The notes under the pieces: model-generated
The model's database searches: none
Told to the model about the DNA's origin: nothing
What the model saw: only the letters and a program-made list of their open reading frames with translations
From: an uncultured Acidobacteriota bacterium
GTDB taxonomy: Bacteria > Acidobacteriota > Thermoanaerobaculia > UBA5066 > Gp7-AA6
Assembly (NCBI GenBank): GCA_963739435.1
Contig: CAVUAN010000016.1
Span: 129,309-193,308, forward strand
Direction: 5' to 3'
Length of the DNA: 64,000 nt
Part shown: positions 27,787 to 37,387 of the stretch, piece by piece
Layout: every line of letters starts with the position of its first letter
Position numbering within the stretch: the stretch's first letter is position 1
Program-made: the position numbers and the translations under genes

Positions 27787-29292
27787 GTGACGTCTCGCGA
27801 TCGGGCTTCGGAAGACCGAGGGAAAACCTCTTCTCGCGCTCTCGGAGGCGGCGAGAGCACCAGCCTCGGCAAGGCGCTCCGCCTCCAGCTGGAGCAACAT
27901 CCGGGTCAGTCGGGCGTGCGCCTTCTGGGCAACGGACGGGATGCCTTCGGGGGACGTGCCCAGCTGGCTCGCCTGAGCGAGCGCAGCATCGACCTGCAGT
28001 ACTACATGTTCCATCAGGACACCGTGGGCAGGCTCCTGATCCGGGAGCTCCTGGCCGCGGCCGACCGGGGCGTGCGGGTGCGCCTGTTGATCGACGACAT
28101 GTACGGCGGCGAGGGCGACGACGTCTGGTCCGCGCTCGATGCGCATCCGGCCGTCGAAGTGCGGCTGTTCAATCCCTTCAAACGCGGGTATTCGAAGAAG
28201 CTCCAGTTTCTGACCCGGCTAACAACGGTGAATCACCGCATGCACAGCAAGACCTTCACCGTGGACAACCAGGTCTCGATCGTCGGAGGCCGCAACATCG
28301 GCGACGAATATTTCGACGCGGACCCGAATCTCGCCTTCACCGATCTCGACGTGATGGCGATCGGCCCGGTCGTGCGGGAGGTGTCCGAAGAGTTCGATCA
28401 GTACTGGAACAGCGAGCATGCCCGTCCGATGGACGAGCTGCGGCCGACCGTGCCCCCCGGCGCTGTGGACGGGCTGCGCCACGAACTGGCCGAGTTTTTT
28501 CGGCAGCAACGGACGTCGGTCTATGTGGACGCCCTGGAGCACTCCGCGCTGGCCGAATCGCTAAGGGCAAGAACGGTCGAGTTCGGCTTCGGGCAGGCCA
28601 GGGTCATTCACGACTCCCCCGAGAAGCTGGCCCGCGGCGGCGCCTGGAAAGGAGAGCTGCTGATGTCGCAGCTGGCGCCATACATCCTGCAGGCGACCGA
28701 AGAGTTCACCCTTGTGTCGCCCTACTTCGTGCCCGGGAAGCGGGCCGCCGATGCCCTGTGCGAGCTCAGCCGCAAGGGAGTGCGCGTGCGCGTCCTGACC
28801 AACTCGCTGGCCTCCAATGACGTCGCCGCGGTGCACACGGGGTACGTGCGGCACCGCAAGCAGCTGCTGCGCGCCGGCGTGCGGCTGTATGAGCTGAACG
28901 AGCAGATCCGGAAGGCGGAGGGCGCCCGGTTCACCTGGCTTCCCGGCCTCAGTAAATCCAGCCTGCATGCCAAGACCATGGCGATCGACCGCAAGGCGAT
29001 GTTCGTCGGATCGTTCAACTTCGACCAGAGGTCCCTGTACATCAACAATGAGATCGGGATCCTTTTCCACGAGCCGGCCCTGGCCGCCGCCGCGGTGAAA
29101 CACTTCGACGAGCGTATCGAGCAGGCGGCATTCCTGGTGGAGCTTTACCGGGGGCGAGGGCGCGCGTCGCTGAGGTGGACCGGGGTCGATGACGGAAAGA
29201 AGGTCGTCTTTGACTCCGAACCGTACGCGAGCGTCTGGCAGAAACTGAGCGTGAACCTGATGCGGGTGCTGCCGATCGACTCCATGTTGTAG
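27787..29292 (+). CDS. PLD-superfamily protein with two HKD motifs (cardiolipin-synthase/phospholipase-D-like)
   Basis: 501 aa with HSKTFTVDNQVSIVGGRNIGDEYF and LHAKTMAIDRKAMFVGSFNFDQRS. GTG 27787 is the first start after an in-frame TAG at 27679. No signal peptide or lipobox is visible. Confidence 0.8.
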   Translation: MTSRDRASEDRGKTSSRALGGGESTSLGKALRLQLEQHPGQSGVRLLGNGRDAFGGRAQLARLSERSIDLQYYMFHQDTVGRLLIRELLAAADRGVRVRLLIDDMYGGEGDDVWSALDAHPAVEVRLFNPFKRGYSKKLQFLTRLTTVNHRMHSKTFTVDNQVSIVGGRNIGDEYFDADPNLAFTDLDVMAIGPVVREVSEEFDQYWNSEHARPMDELRPTVPPGAVDGLRHELAEFFRQQRTSVYVDALEHSALAESLRARTVEFGFGQARVIHDSPEKLARGGAWKGELLMSQLAPYILQATEEFTLVSPYFVPGKRAADALCELSRKGVRVRVLTNSLASNDVAAVHTGYVRHRKQLLRAGVRLYELNEQIRKAEGARFTWLPGLSKSSLHAKTMAIDRKAMFVGSFNFDQRSLYINNEIGILFHEPALAAAAVKHFDERIEQAAFLVELYRGRGRASLRWTGVDDGKKVVFDSEPYASVWQKLSVNLMRVLPIDSML

Positions 29293-29385
29293 CCGAAGGC
29301 GATGGGCCGCGGCGCGAGGCCCGGCGCGGACTGCCAACGGCCCCGTCAGCGGGCACGACCGGCGCGCCCCGCAGGAGGCAGAGTC

Positions 29386-30351
29386 GTGAGAGTCACTTGT
29401 TTCGCTCTCGAGCCCGGTGGCAGTATGAGGCCGGAAGCCGAGGCCACGGCGTTGGCCGGATGGCGAGCCGGCGCGGGACCTTACTGGATCGACATCGGCG
29501 GCGGCCGGCCGGAGGACCTGACGGCCTGGCTGGCCGGGCTCGGCCTGGACCCAGGGCTGCTCGATCTCTTGCGGATCGGGGAGGAGGAAACGAGGATCCT
29601 CCCGCTGGCCGAGTCCGTGTTCGTCGCCTATCCCGTCATGCCGGAAGCAGAAACCGGGAAGCCCGCTCAGTTCCGCTGCCTCTGTCTCGAGCGGCTCGTG
29701 ATCACGATGCATGAGCAGCCCGACGAACCTCCGGTGCCCGACGAGAGCCCGCTGACGAAGCTCAAGCTCCCGGACGGGACGACCGCGGGAGTCGTCTGCG
29801 CCATCACTTTGTTCCATTCCGGGCGGCTGCGAAGCCGCGTCGTGAAGCTCCGGAGGGAAGGCGACACGACCGAAGAAAGAATGGACCTGGATCCGGATGC
29901 GGGCTGCCTGGCGGAAATCCTGTCGTTGAAGCGTCGGGTGCTGGCGCTCGGCGGCGTCCTGGACGAGGAGCTCGCGGTGTTCGAAGTCCTGAAGGCCATC
30001 AACAAACCCGCGCTGCCGTTGCTCCGCCTCGCGGAACCATTCCAGATCGTCATCGAGACCGCCCGGGCGACCGATCGCGACATCGACCGGCTCGATCGTC
30101 GCGTGAGCGATCTCCAGCAGCGGTACGAGTCGGCCCAGCAGGACAGGTTGAACCGCCGTCTCGCCCTGCTCACCGTTCTGTCGGCCATCTTCATGCCCCT
30201 GACATTGATCACAGGGATCTACGGCATGAATTTCGACGTCATGCCCGAGCTTCACTATCACTACAGCTATCCCGTCGTCCTCGCGGGAATGGCGTTGATC
30301 GGAGGCGGGCTCTACTGGTACTTTCGGGCGCGGTGGGGGTCGAAGTGGTGA
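29386..30351 (+). CDS. corA: CorA-family divalent-cation (Mg2+/Co2+) channel
   Basis: C-terminal ...LTVLSAIFMPLTLITGIYGMNFDVMPEL carries the GMN motif, followed by a second TM helix. Start set at GTG 29386, 7 nt after AGGAGG; the track ORF starts at 29302. Confidence 0.75.
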   Translation: MRVTCFALEPGGSMRPEAEATALAGWRAGAGPYWIDIGGGRPEDLTAWLAGLGLDPGLLDLLRIGEEETRILPLAESVFVAYPVMPEAETGKPAQFRCLCLERLVITMHEQPDEPPVPDESPLTKLKLPDGTTAGVVCAITLFHSGRLRSRVVKLRREGDTTEERMDLDPDAGCLAEILSLKRRVLALGGVLDEELAVFEVLKAINKPALPLLRLAEPFQIVIETARATDRDIDRLDRRVSDLQQRYESAQQDRLNRRLALLTVLSAIFMPLTLITGIYGMNFDVMPELHYHYSYPVVLAGMALIGGGLYWYFRARWGSKW

Positions 30352-30423
30352 AGCCGGCGAGGTTGCTCAGGAGTCGAAAGACCTCGTGTTAGCTTGAGTG
30401 AGAAGAAAGGCGGAGAAAGTGCC

Positions 30424-30813
30424 ATGAAGCAAAGATTTCTGAGTGCAGCGATTCTGCTTCTCGCGGCGATTCTGACAAGTTGCGCATCGTCCTCGCCGCC
30501 GGCTCAGCCGGCGACCAGCCTCCAGAGCATCGTCGGCACGTGGGAGGGTACCATTACGAGCACCCAGGGAGAATCCGTTTTCAAGGCGACGCTCGTGATC
30601 CGCGAAGACGGCACGTACGACAGCACGGTGCCTTCGATCAAGGGATCGCCCTTTCACGGGACCATCGTCATACAGGATGGAAAGTTCCGGTGGTCGGAAC
30701 CGACGACCGGAGCCAAGGGCGACTTGGTGTTGCACGAGGGTGACGGGAAGCGAGTGCTGACCCGGACGGGTCAAGGCTTCGATTCAACGGGGGAATACAA
30801 GCCGGCCAAGTAG
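30424..30813 (+). CDS. Small lipoprotein, unknown function
   Basis: MKQRFLSAAILLLAAILTSCASS lipobox, followed by a beta-rich ~105-aa domain. Confidence 0.55.
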   Translation: MKQRFLSAAILLLAAILTSCASSSPPAQPATSLQSIVGTWEGTITSTQGESVFKATLVIREDGTYDSTVPSIKGSPFHGTIVIQDGKFRWSEPTTGAKGDLVLHEGDGKRVLTRTGQGFDSTGEYKPAK

Positions 30814-30816
30814 CAT

Positions 30817-30832
30817 GACTGCGGCCGCAGTC
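30817..30832. terminator. 16-nt perfect palindrome between convergent genes
   Basis: gactgcggccgcagtc sits between the stops at 30813 (+) and 30837 (-). The stem is short, so function as a bidirectional terminator is only plausible. Confidence 0.3.
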
Positions 30833-30836
30833 CGGT

Positions 30837-32066
30837 CTACCGCCCTGCGGAGCCGAGCTCCGGAGCGCCCGGGCCGAGGGCGGCGACCTTCGCGGAGTAA
30901 GCCTCGATGCCGGGCTTCGCCGTCAGACCGTGGGCGAAGATGCTCAACAGGACTGTCGCCATGACGGTCAGGCGAATTGTCGATTCGCCGGGAAGATGCG
31001 CCTGCCGCTCCAGGAACACGAGCCCGAGAACAATCGAGGCCAGTCCCCGCGGGCCGAACCACCCCATGAAGAGGACGGTCGCCTTCGACAGACGGGTCCC
31101 GATCAGAGCGAGCGCCACAGGCAGCATCCTCACGACCGTCAGGCTCAGGACGGCGTAAGCCACGATCGCCAGGGAGAAACCCTGCCAGGCGCGCGCCACC
31201 AGGATGCCGAAGAGGAAGAAGACCGAGAGATTGAGCAACTGCCCCCACTGCTCGGTGAACTCGACGCTCTCCTCGCCGGCTTTCGGGAAGCCCGGCTGGA
31301 CCGCCAGCCCCGCTACGAAGGCCGCGATGAACATGCTCGCGCCGGCGGCTTCCGAAGCCACGGCGCACAAGAGCGGGAGCGCGACGACGCCGACCTGGCG
31401 GAAGGAGTGCGCGATCCAGCCCTTGCGCACCGACAGGCCCAGGAGCCACCCTCCCGCCAGGCCGATCGAGAGCCCGATCGCCGCGCCGAAACCCAGCTGG
31501 TCCAGCATGAAGCGCAAGAGGCGGGTCGTGCTTCCGTGGCCGCCGGGATCGGCCATGGCAAGAAAGAACAGTAGAAAGGGCACGGAAAGGCCATCGTTCA
31601 ACCCGGCTTCGACGTTCAAGGCCTGGCGGACCACCATGGGCACGCGCGGGCTCGAGACGATGACCTGCCCGAGGCCGGCGTCGGTCGGGGCGAGGATGGC
31701 GGCCAGGATCACGGCCTCCCAGATTGAAAGCTGGCGAAAGAGGGCCAGGGCCGCCAGGCCCCCGAGCAGGATCGTCAGCAGCATTCCGGTGGAAAGAAGC
31801 CGCACGGGCAGGCTGCGAATGTTCTTCAAGACCTTCAAGTCCGTGCGGCTCGCGTCGGTGAAGAGGAGCAGCACGAGGCCGGCCTCGGCGATCCTCAAAA
31901 GGGCCTCGAGGCCTCCCTGCCGCTCGCCCAGTTCCGTCAGGACGGGCAGCACGCACATTCCGGCGACGGTGAAAATGATCGGCGCCGTGAAGACCGTCTT
32001 CTCGAGACGGCCAGAGGCGAGGCTGTAGACGAAGACCAGACCCAGGAGGACTGCCAGCAACGTCAT
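30837..32066 (-). CDS. Cation:proton antiporter (CPA1, Na+/H+ exchanger family)
   Basis: ~409 aa from the internal ATG at 32066 (MTLLAVLLGLVFVYSLASG...), with AILAPTDAGL and NVEAGLNDGLSVPF motifs. The ATG overlaps the upstream stop (ATGA). The longer track ORF extension is Arg/Pro-rich junk. Confidence 0.8.
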   Translation of the reverse strand: MTLLAVLLGLVFVYSLASGRLEKTVFTAPIIFTVAGMCVLPVLTELGERQGGLEALLRIAEAGLVLLLFTDASRTDLKVLKNIRSLPVRLLSTGMLLTILLGGLAALALFRQLSIWEAVILAAILAPTDAGLGQVIVSSPRVPMVVRQALNVEAGLNDGLSVPFLLFFLAMADPGGHGSTTRLLRFMLDQLGFGAAIGLSIGLAGGWLLGLSVRKGWIAHSFRQVGVVALPLLCAVASEAAGASMFIAAFVAGLAVQPGFPKAGEESVEFTEQWGQLLNLSVFFLFGILVARAWQGFSLAIVAYAVLSLTVVRMLPVALALIGTRLSKATVLFMGWFGPRGLASIVLGLVFLERQAHLPGESTIRLTVMATVLLSIFAHGLTAKPGIEAYSAKVAALGPGAPELGSAGR

Positions 32067-33370
32067 GGCCTGATAGGTTTCTGCGGCTCGGCGAGGAGCC
32101 GGTCGCGGACGAGGCTGGCGTGGTGCCTCAGGGCGTAGAGCTCGCGGGCGCGGGAAGCCGCGACGCGGGTTCGCCCGATCGCCCCGTCCAGACGCTCGAG
32201 ATCCGCCGAGATCTCCGCCGCCGGGTCCCCGGCAGCGATGCGTGCATCGATTCTCCGCAGCTCGGTGTACAGGGCGTTGACGCGGCGCTCGAAGGCGAAG
32301 TGGATCACCAGGGGAAGGATGCGCAGGAGCGGGTACAGGAGGCCCAGGAGCGGCACGAGGACGAACAGGAGGCGGGAGACGAAGACGCCGAGCCAAAACG
32401 GAAGGTTCCTCTGGAAAAAGCTCCCGCCCGACTTGTAGAAGTTGCGAGCCTCTCTCGACAGCGGGACGTCCCCCGGCTCGGCGGCCGGAAACTGGCCGGG
32501 CCTGTTGAGCATGGAGGCGCCGGAGTGAATCTCCGCGGCGGCCTGGAGCAGAAGGTACTGCACGGCGGGGTGCAGGTCGCTGCGCACGAGGAGACTGGCC
32601 TTAGGCGCGAGGACCGTCACATCTTCAGACGGACGGTCTCTCTCGAGGCTCGCGACGCCCTGGGGAAGAGTGACCTTGTTCAGGAACGGGAAGAGAGCGA
32701 CGAACGCGTCCGCGCGCCGGAAGGGCATGAGCCTCACGCCCTCGTCGGCTAGGAGCTTTTTCACCACGGGGTCTTCGGCGGCAGTAAGGATGCTCGCGCA
32801 GTCGATCTCGCGCTTGACGAGCGCCTCACTCCCGGCTGCGGGCGCGAGCGGGACGACCGTGACCTCCTTCTCGAGCCCGGTTGCGCGCAGCAACTCGGGC
32901 ATGACGCCCGCGCCCGGGTCAATCGAGAGGCGCTTGCCCCTCAGGTCTCCGAACTGGGCCTGATCCGGGAGGCCCCGACAAAAGATCCAGATCGGGTCGT
33001 ACGCGGTCGTGCCGAGCGACTCGATCTGTGGCGAGGCTTCTTCGGTCGTCAGGCCGCCCGCGACGAAGCCGACGGAGACGCCGGACGAGGCATCCTTCAA
33101 GCGCGCCAGATTCTCGAGGTTGCCGTGCGACGGCTTGAGCTCCATGCGGATCCCATCGCGGGCGAGAGCAGCGCGATACCTCTCGCCGAACGCCGAATAG
33201 GCGCTGCCTTCCGGGCCGGTCGTCATGACGATGGTCCTCGGCGGCAGCCCGCGGCTGACGACGAGAATCAGCGCGACGAGGCTGGCGACAGCAACGCCGA
33301 GGGCGACGCTCAGGACGAGGGCTGGCCGGCGCCGCATCAACTCTCTCACCCGCACCTCCGAATGTCGCAC
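32063..33370 (-). CDS. TAXI-family TRAP-type solute-binding-like protein with C-terminal membrane segment
   Basis: 435 aa. N-terminal anchor, then IVMTTGPEGSAYSAFGERY...GNLENLARL...VGFVAGG. Hydrophobic helices near residues 330-370. Confidence 0.55.
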   Translation of the reverse strand: MRHSEVRVRELMRRRPALVLSVALGVAVASLVALILVVSRGLPPRTIVMTTGPEGSAYSAFGERYRAALARDGIRMELKPSHGNLENLARLKDASSGVSVGFVAGGLTTEEASPQIESLGTTAYDPIWIFCRGLPDQAQFGDLRGKRLSIDPGAGVMPELLRATGLEKEVTVVPLAPAAGSEALVKREIDCASILTAAEDPVVKKLLADEGVRLMPFRRADAFVALFPFLNKVTLPQGVASLERDRPSEDVTVLAPKASLLVRSDLHPAVQYLLLQAAAEIHSGASMLNRPGQFPAAEPGDVPLSREARNFYKSGGSFFQRNLPFWLGVFVSRLLFVLVPLLGLLYPLLRILPLVIHFAFERRVNALYTELRRIDARIAAGDPAAEISADLERLDGAIGRTRVAASRARELYALRHHASLVRDRLLAEPQKPIRP

Positions 33371-33446
33371 CTCCGCCGCGCTACATTAGCGTCGGCCTGC
33401 CTGATGAGCCCAATGTTATCGTCGGACGTCTTTGAAGGAGGCTCCC

Positions 33447-34361
33447 ATGAGCATGAAGGGAATCATCCAGAGGTCCCGCGCCTTCTCCAAGCCCTTCCGC
33501 GTCACCGACGGAAAGGGCTTTCGCCTGAAGGACGTCAATCCCGCCGACACCCTCGACCTCGGCTCCGAGGACAAGCCGCGGGCCAAGGAGGCCCTGGCCA
33601 GCGGCGTCCAGGCCCTCTCCGAGCTCCAGAACATGCTCTACGCGCAGGACACCTGGGCCGTCCTGCTCATCTTCCAAGCCATGGACGCCGCCGGCAAAGA
33701 CGGGACGATCAAGCACGTCATGTCCGGCGTCAACCCGCAGGGCTGCGAGGTGTCCTCCTTCAAGTCTCCGTCGTCTGAAGATCTCGACCACGACTACCTC
33801 TGGCGCTGCCTGAAGCGCATGCCGGAGCGCGGGCGCATCGGCATCTTCAACCGCAGCTACTACGAGGAGACGCTGGCCGTGCGCGTGCACCCCGAATTCC
33901 TCGAAAAGCAGAAGCTCCCGCCAGGCCTCACGAAGGGGAGCATCTGGAAGAAGCGCTTTCAGGACATCCGCTCCGTCGAGAGATATCTGACGCGCAACGG
34001 CGTCGTCATCCGCAAGTTCTTCCTCCACGTGTCCAAGAAAGAGCAGAAGCGGCGCTTCCTGGAGCGCCTGGAGAACCCCGAGAAGAACTGGAAGTTCTCC
34101 GGCAACGACGCCAAGGAGCGCCAGTGGTGGAACGAATACCAGGATGCCTACGAGGACACGATCCGCAACACGGCCACGAAGGGGGCGCCGTGGTACGTCG
34201 TTCCTGCCGACAACAAGTGGTTCACCCGAGTCGTCGTGGCGGCCGCCGTCGTGGACGCCCTGGGCTCGCTGGGTCTCAAGTATCCCAAAGTCGACAAGGA
34301 AAGATTGAAGGAGCTCGCCGCGGCGAGGAAGGCACTGCTGGGCGACAAGCCGGAAGCGTGA
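33447..34361 (+). CDS. ppk2: Polyphosphate kinase 2 (PPK2) family protein, single-domain
   Basis: ATG 33447 follows GAAGGAGG. Motifs: LLIFQAMDAAGKDGTIKHV (Walker A-like), FNRSYYEE and WYVVPADNKW. Confidence 0.8.
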   Translation: MSMKGIIQRSRAFSKPFRVTDGKGFRLKDVNPADTLDLGSEDKPRAKEALASGVQALSELQNMLYAQDTWAVLLIFQAMDAAGKDGTIKHVMSGVNPQGCEVSSFKSPSSEDLDHDYLWRCLKRMPERGRIGIFNRSYYEETLAVRVHPEFLEKQKLPPGLTKGSIWKKRFQDIRSVERYLTRNGVVIRKFFLHVSKKEQKRRFLERLENPEKNWKFSGNDAKERQWWNEYQDAYEDTIRNTATKGAPWYVVPADNKWFTRVVVAAAVVDALGSLGLKYPKVDKERLKELAAARKALLGDKPEA

Positions 34362-34371
34362 GGGCGCCGAA

Positions 34372-36017
34372 ATGAGCGTGGGCTGGCTCGCCGGTTATCG
34401 GAAGGCCTGGCTGAGACCCGACGTCATCGCCGGCCTGACCGCCGCAGCGGTCGTCATCCCCAAGGCCATGGCCTATGCCACCATCGCCGGGCTGCCCGTC
34501 GAGATCGGCCTCTACACGGCGTTTCTGCCCATGCTCGTCTACGCCGTGCTCGGCACGTCGCGCGTTCTGAGCGTCAGCACCACGACCACGATCGCGATCC
34601 TGACCGGAGCCAACCTCGCCGGGGCCGTCCCGGCCGGCGATTCCGCCGCGCTGCTACGCGCCTCGGCCACCCTGACGCTGATCGTCGGAGCGATCCTGGT
34701 AGCGGCCTGGGTTCTGCGGCTCGGGTTCGTCGCCAACTTCATCTCCGAGCCGGTCCTGGTTGGATTCAAAGCCGGGATCGGGGTCGTCATCGTCCTCGAC
34801 CAGATCCCGAAGCTGCTCGGCTTCCACATCCCGAGGGGTTCCTTTCTCAAGAATCTGGCCGCGACCGTCGGGCATCTCCCCCAGACGCGGCCGCGACCCT
34901 CGCCGTGGCGGTCGCCATGATCGCGATCCTCGTCGGCCTCGAGCATTTCTTCCCGCGGTTGCCGGCGCCGCTCGTGGCCGTCGCGGCCGGCATCGCCGGC
35001 GCCCGCCTGCTCGGGCTGAAGGCACTGGGCGTCGAGCTGGTGGGCCACATTCCAACGGGCTTCCCCTCGCTCACTCTCCCGGATTTTTCGCTCACGGACG
35101 CTCTCTGGTCCGGAGCCGTGGGCATCGCCCTGATGAGCTTCACCGAGACAGTTGCCGCCGGCCGCGCCTTCGCCCGAGACGACGACCAGCCCCCCCGGGC
35201 CAACCGGGAGCTTTTCGCGACCGGGCTCGGAAACGCAGCAAGTGCCTTCCTGGGAGCCATGCCCTCGGGCGGCGGCACGTCCCAGACGGCGGTCAACCGC
35301 CATGCGGGCGCTCACACGCAGCTCGCCGAGGTCGTGACGGCAGCCGCCACGCTCGCGACGATGTTTCTGCTGGCTCCCCTGATCGGCTCGATGCCTCAGG
35401 CGACGCTGGCCGCCGTGGTCGTCGTCTACTCGATCGGCCTGATCAAGCCGGCGGAGTTTCGCGCGATCCTCCGGGTCCGGCGCACGGAGTTCCTCTGGGC
35501 GCTCGCTGCCCTTGCAGGCGTCATGCTCTTCGGAACGCTCAAGGGGATCCTCGTCGCGATCGTCCTGTCGCTCGTCGCGCTGGCCTACCAGGTGGCGGAC
35601 CCGCCCGTGCACGTCCTGGGGCGCAAGCCGGGCACGAACGTCTTCCGGCCGCGCTCGAAGGAGCATCCGGAAGACGAGTCCTTCCCGGGCTGCCTGCTCC
35701 TGCGGCTCGAGGGCCGGGTCTTCTTCGCCAACGCCGAGCGCATCGGAGAGAAGATTCGCGCGCTCATCGCCGAGGCGAAGCCAGGAGTTGTGGTCCTCGA
35801 CCTCGGCGCCGTCTTCGACTTCGAGTACACGGCCCTCAAGATGCTGACCGAGGGCGAGAAAAGGAGTCGGGAGCAAGGCATCGAGCTGTGGCTCGCGCGC
35901 CTGAACCCGGAGGTCCTGGAAATGGTCCAGCGGTCTCCGCTCGGCCAGACCCTGGGCCGCGACCGGATGTTCTTCAACCTCGAGATGGCCGTCGAGCGGT
36001 ATCGAGCCCGAGGTTGA
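34372..36017 (+). pseudogene. SulP-family anion permease with C-terminal STAS domain, one frameshift
   Basis: ORF 34372-34920 is real up to ...LAATVGHLPQT. ORF 34905-36017 continues the protein (...ATLAVAVAMIAILVGLEHFFPRLPAPLV...). The STAS end reads LLLRLEGRVFFANAE...VVVLDLGAVFDFEYTALKML. The shift lies at the CCCCC run ~34876-34890. Confidence 0.8.
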
Positions 36018-36091
36018 GGTCCCCGCGCAGAGTCTCGGCTTGCGAGGAGCGGTTTTGGCGATATAGTCACGACGTCGAATAAGGAGAAGCC

Positions 36092-37387
36092 ATGGAGCCC
36101 AATTCTTCTCGACCCCGACGCTCGATTCCGCCGTTCCGTGGGCTCGTAGCGCTCGTCTGTTCGGCGCTTCTCGCCTACGGCGACGCCGCCTTCTTCGCGC
36201 AGGCGGCTGCCCAGGAAGCGCCGGCCGAAGCGCCGGCCGAGAAGATTCCGCCGGACCAGCTCGATTCGCTGGTGGCCCCGATCGCCCTCTATCCCGATCC
36301 GCTCCTGGCGCAGACGCTCGCCGCGTCCACCTACCCGCTCGAGCTCATCCAGCTTCAGCAGTGGCTGGCGAAAAACCCGACCTTGAAGGACAAGGCGCTG
36401 GCCGACGCGGTGGCCAAGCAGCCCTGGGACCCGTCCATCCAGTCGATGGCGGCGGTTCCCGAGCTGGTCAAGCGGCTCGCCGATGACATCCAGTGGACGA
36501 CGCAGCTCGGCGACGCCTTCCTGGACCAGCAGAGCGACGTCATGGAGGCTGTCCAGCGGATGCGCAAGAAAGCCGACGAAAAAGGCGCGTTGAAGTCCAA
36601 CGAGCAGCAGACGGTCGAGACGAAGACCGTCGAGAGCAAGACCGTCATCGTCGTCCAGCCCACGAACCCCGAAGTCATCTACGTCCCTTCCTACAATCCG
36701 ACTGTCGTCTACCCTCCCCCGGTCTACCCGTACCCGCCGGTCTACTACCCGCCTTACTACGCGGGCGCCGCGCTGGTCTCCTTCGGCGTCGGCATGGCGA
36801 TGGGCGCGGCCATCTGGGGCGGATCCTGCTGCGGCTGCGGCTGGGGCGGGGGCGGGAACAACACGATCAATATCAACAACAACAACAACTTCAACAAGAA
36901 CACGAACGTCAACCGTGGCCAGGGCGGCGGCAACCGCGGCCAGGGCGGTAGCGGCAACTGGTCACACAACTCCCAGCATCGCGGCGGCGCCCCTTACTCG
37001 AACAAAGCGACGGCCAGCAAGTACGGCGGGTCGACCCAGGGAGGGCGTGGGTCAGGCGGCGGAGCGAGCGCCACGAACCGTGGCGGCGGAGCCGGAGCCG
37101 GCGCATCGAGCCGCGGCGGAGCCGGAGCGGGTCCCAGCGCGGGCGCATCCAGCCGCGGCGGCGGAGCCGGGTCGGGCGCATCGAGCCGCGGCGGCGGAGC
37201 GAGCCCCAGCGCGAGCTCATCGAGCCGCGGAGGCGGCGGCGGGGGCTCCTCGGCCATGGGGGGCGGCTCGGGCGGCTTCAGCGGCAGCAGCGCAAGATCG
37301 AGCAGCTCCCGAGGCTCCTCGAGCATGAGCGGGGGCGGGGGCTCGAGGGGCGGCGGCGGGGGCCGCGGCGGCGGAGGTCGGAGATGA
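36092..37387 (+). CDS. DUF3300-family secreted protein with Asn-run and Gly/Ser/Arg low-complexity tail (paralog 1)
   Basis: 431 aa with signal-like N-terminus. Motifs: LDSLVAPIALYPDPLLAQTLAASTYP, WDPSIQ, LGDAFLDQQSDVMEAVQRMR, YYPPYY, GSCCGCGWGGGG and TININNNNN. Tail ends ...SSARSSSSRGSSSMSGGGGSRGGGGGRGGGGRR. Confidence 0.75.
   Translation: MEPNSSRPRRSIPPFRGLVALVCSALLAYGDAAFFAQAAAQEAPAEAPAEKIPPDQLDSLVAPIALYPDPLLAQTLAASTYPLELIQLQQWLAKNPTLKDKALADAVAKQPWDPSIQSMAAVPELVKRLADDIQWTTQLGDAFLDQQSDVMEAVQRMRKKADEKGALKSNEQQTVETKTVESKTVIVVQPTNPEVIYVPSYNPTVVYPPPVYPYPPVYYPPYYAGAALVSFGVGMAMGAAIWGGSCCGCGWGGGGNNTININNNNNFNKNTNVNRGQGGGNRGQGGSGNWSHNSQHRGGAPYSNKATASKYGGSTQGGRGSGGGASATNRGGGAGAGASSRGGAGAGPSAGASSRGGGAGSGASSRGGGASPSASSSSRGGGGGGSSAMGGGSGGFSGSSARSSSSRGSSSMSGGGGSRGGGGGRGGGGRR
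37100..37243 (+). repeat. Imperfect 33-42 nt tandem repeats inside the DUF3300 tail (coding for GASSRGGGAG units)
   Basis: ggcgcatcgagccgcggcgg(c)ggagc... recurs four times head-to-tail. Confidence 0.6.

Noticed and set aside
37100-37243. Tandem repeats and Asn-codon runs (also 36857-36913 and 40261-40356) as a CRISPR array or non-coding microsatellite
   Set aside because: They lie in frame inside well-supported ORFs and have no spacer/repeat architecture. The Asn run is conserved at protein level between paralogs.
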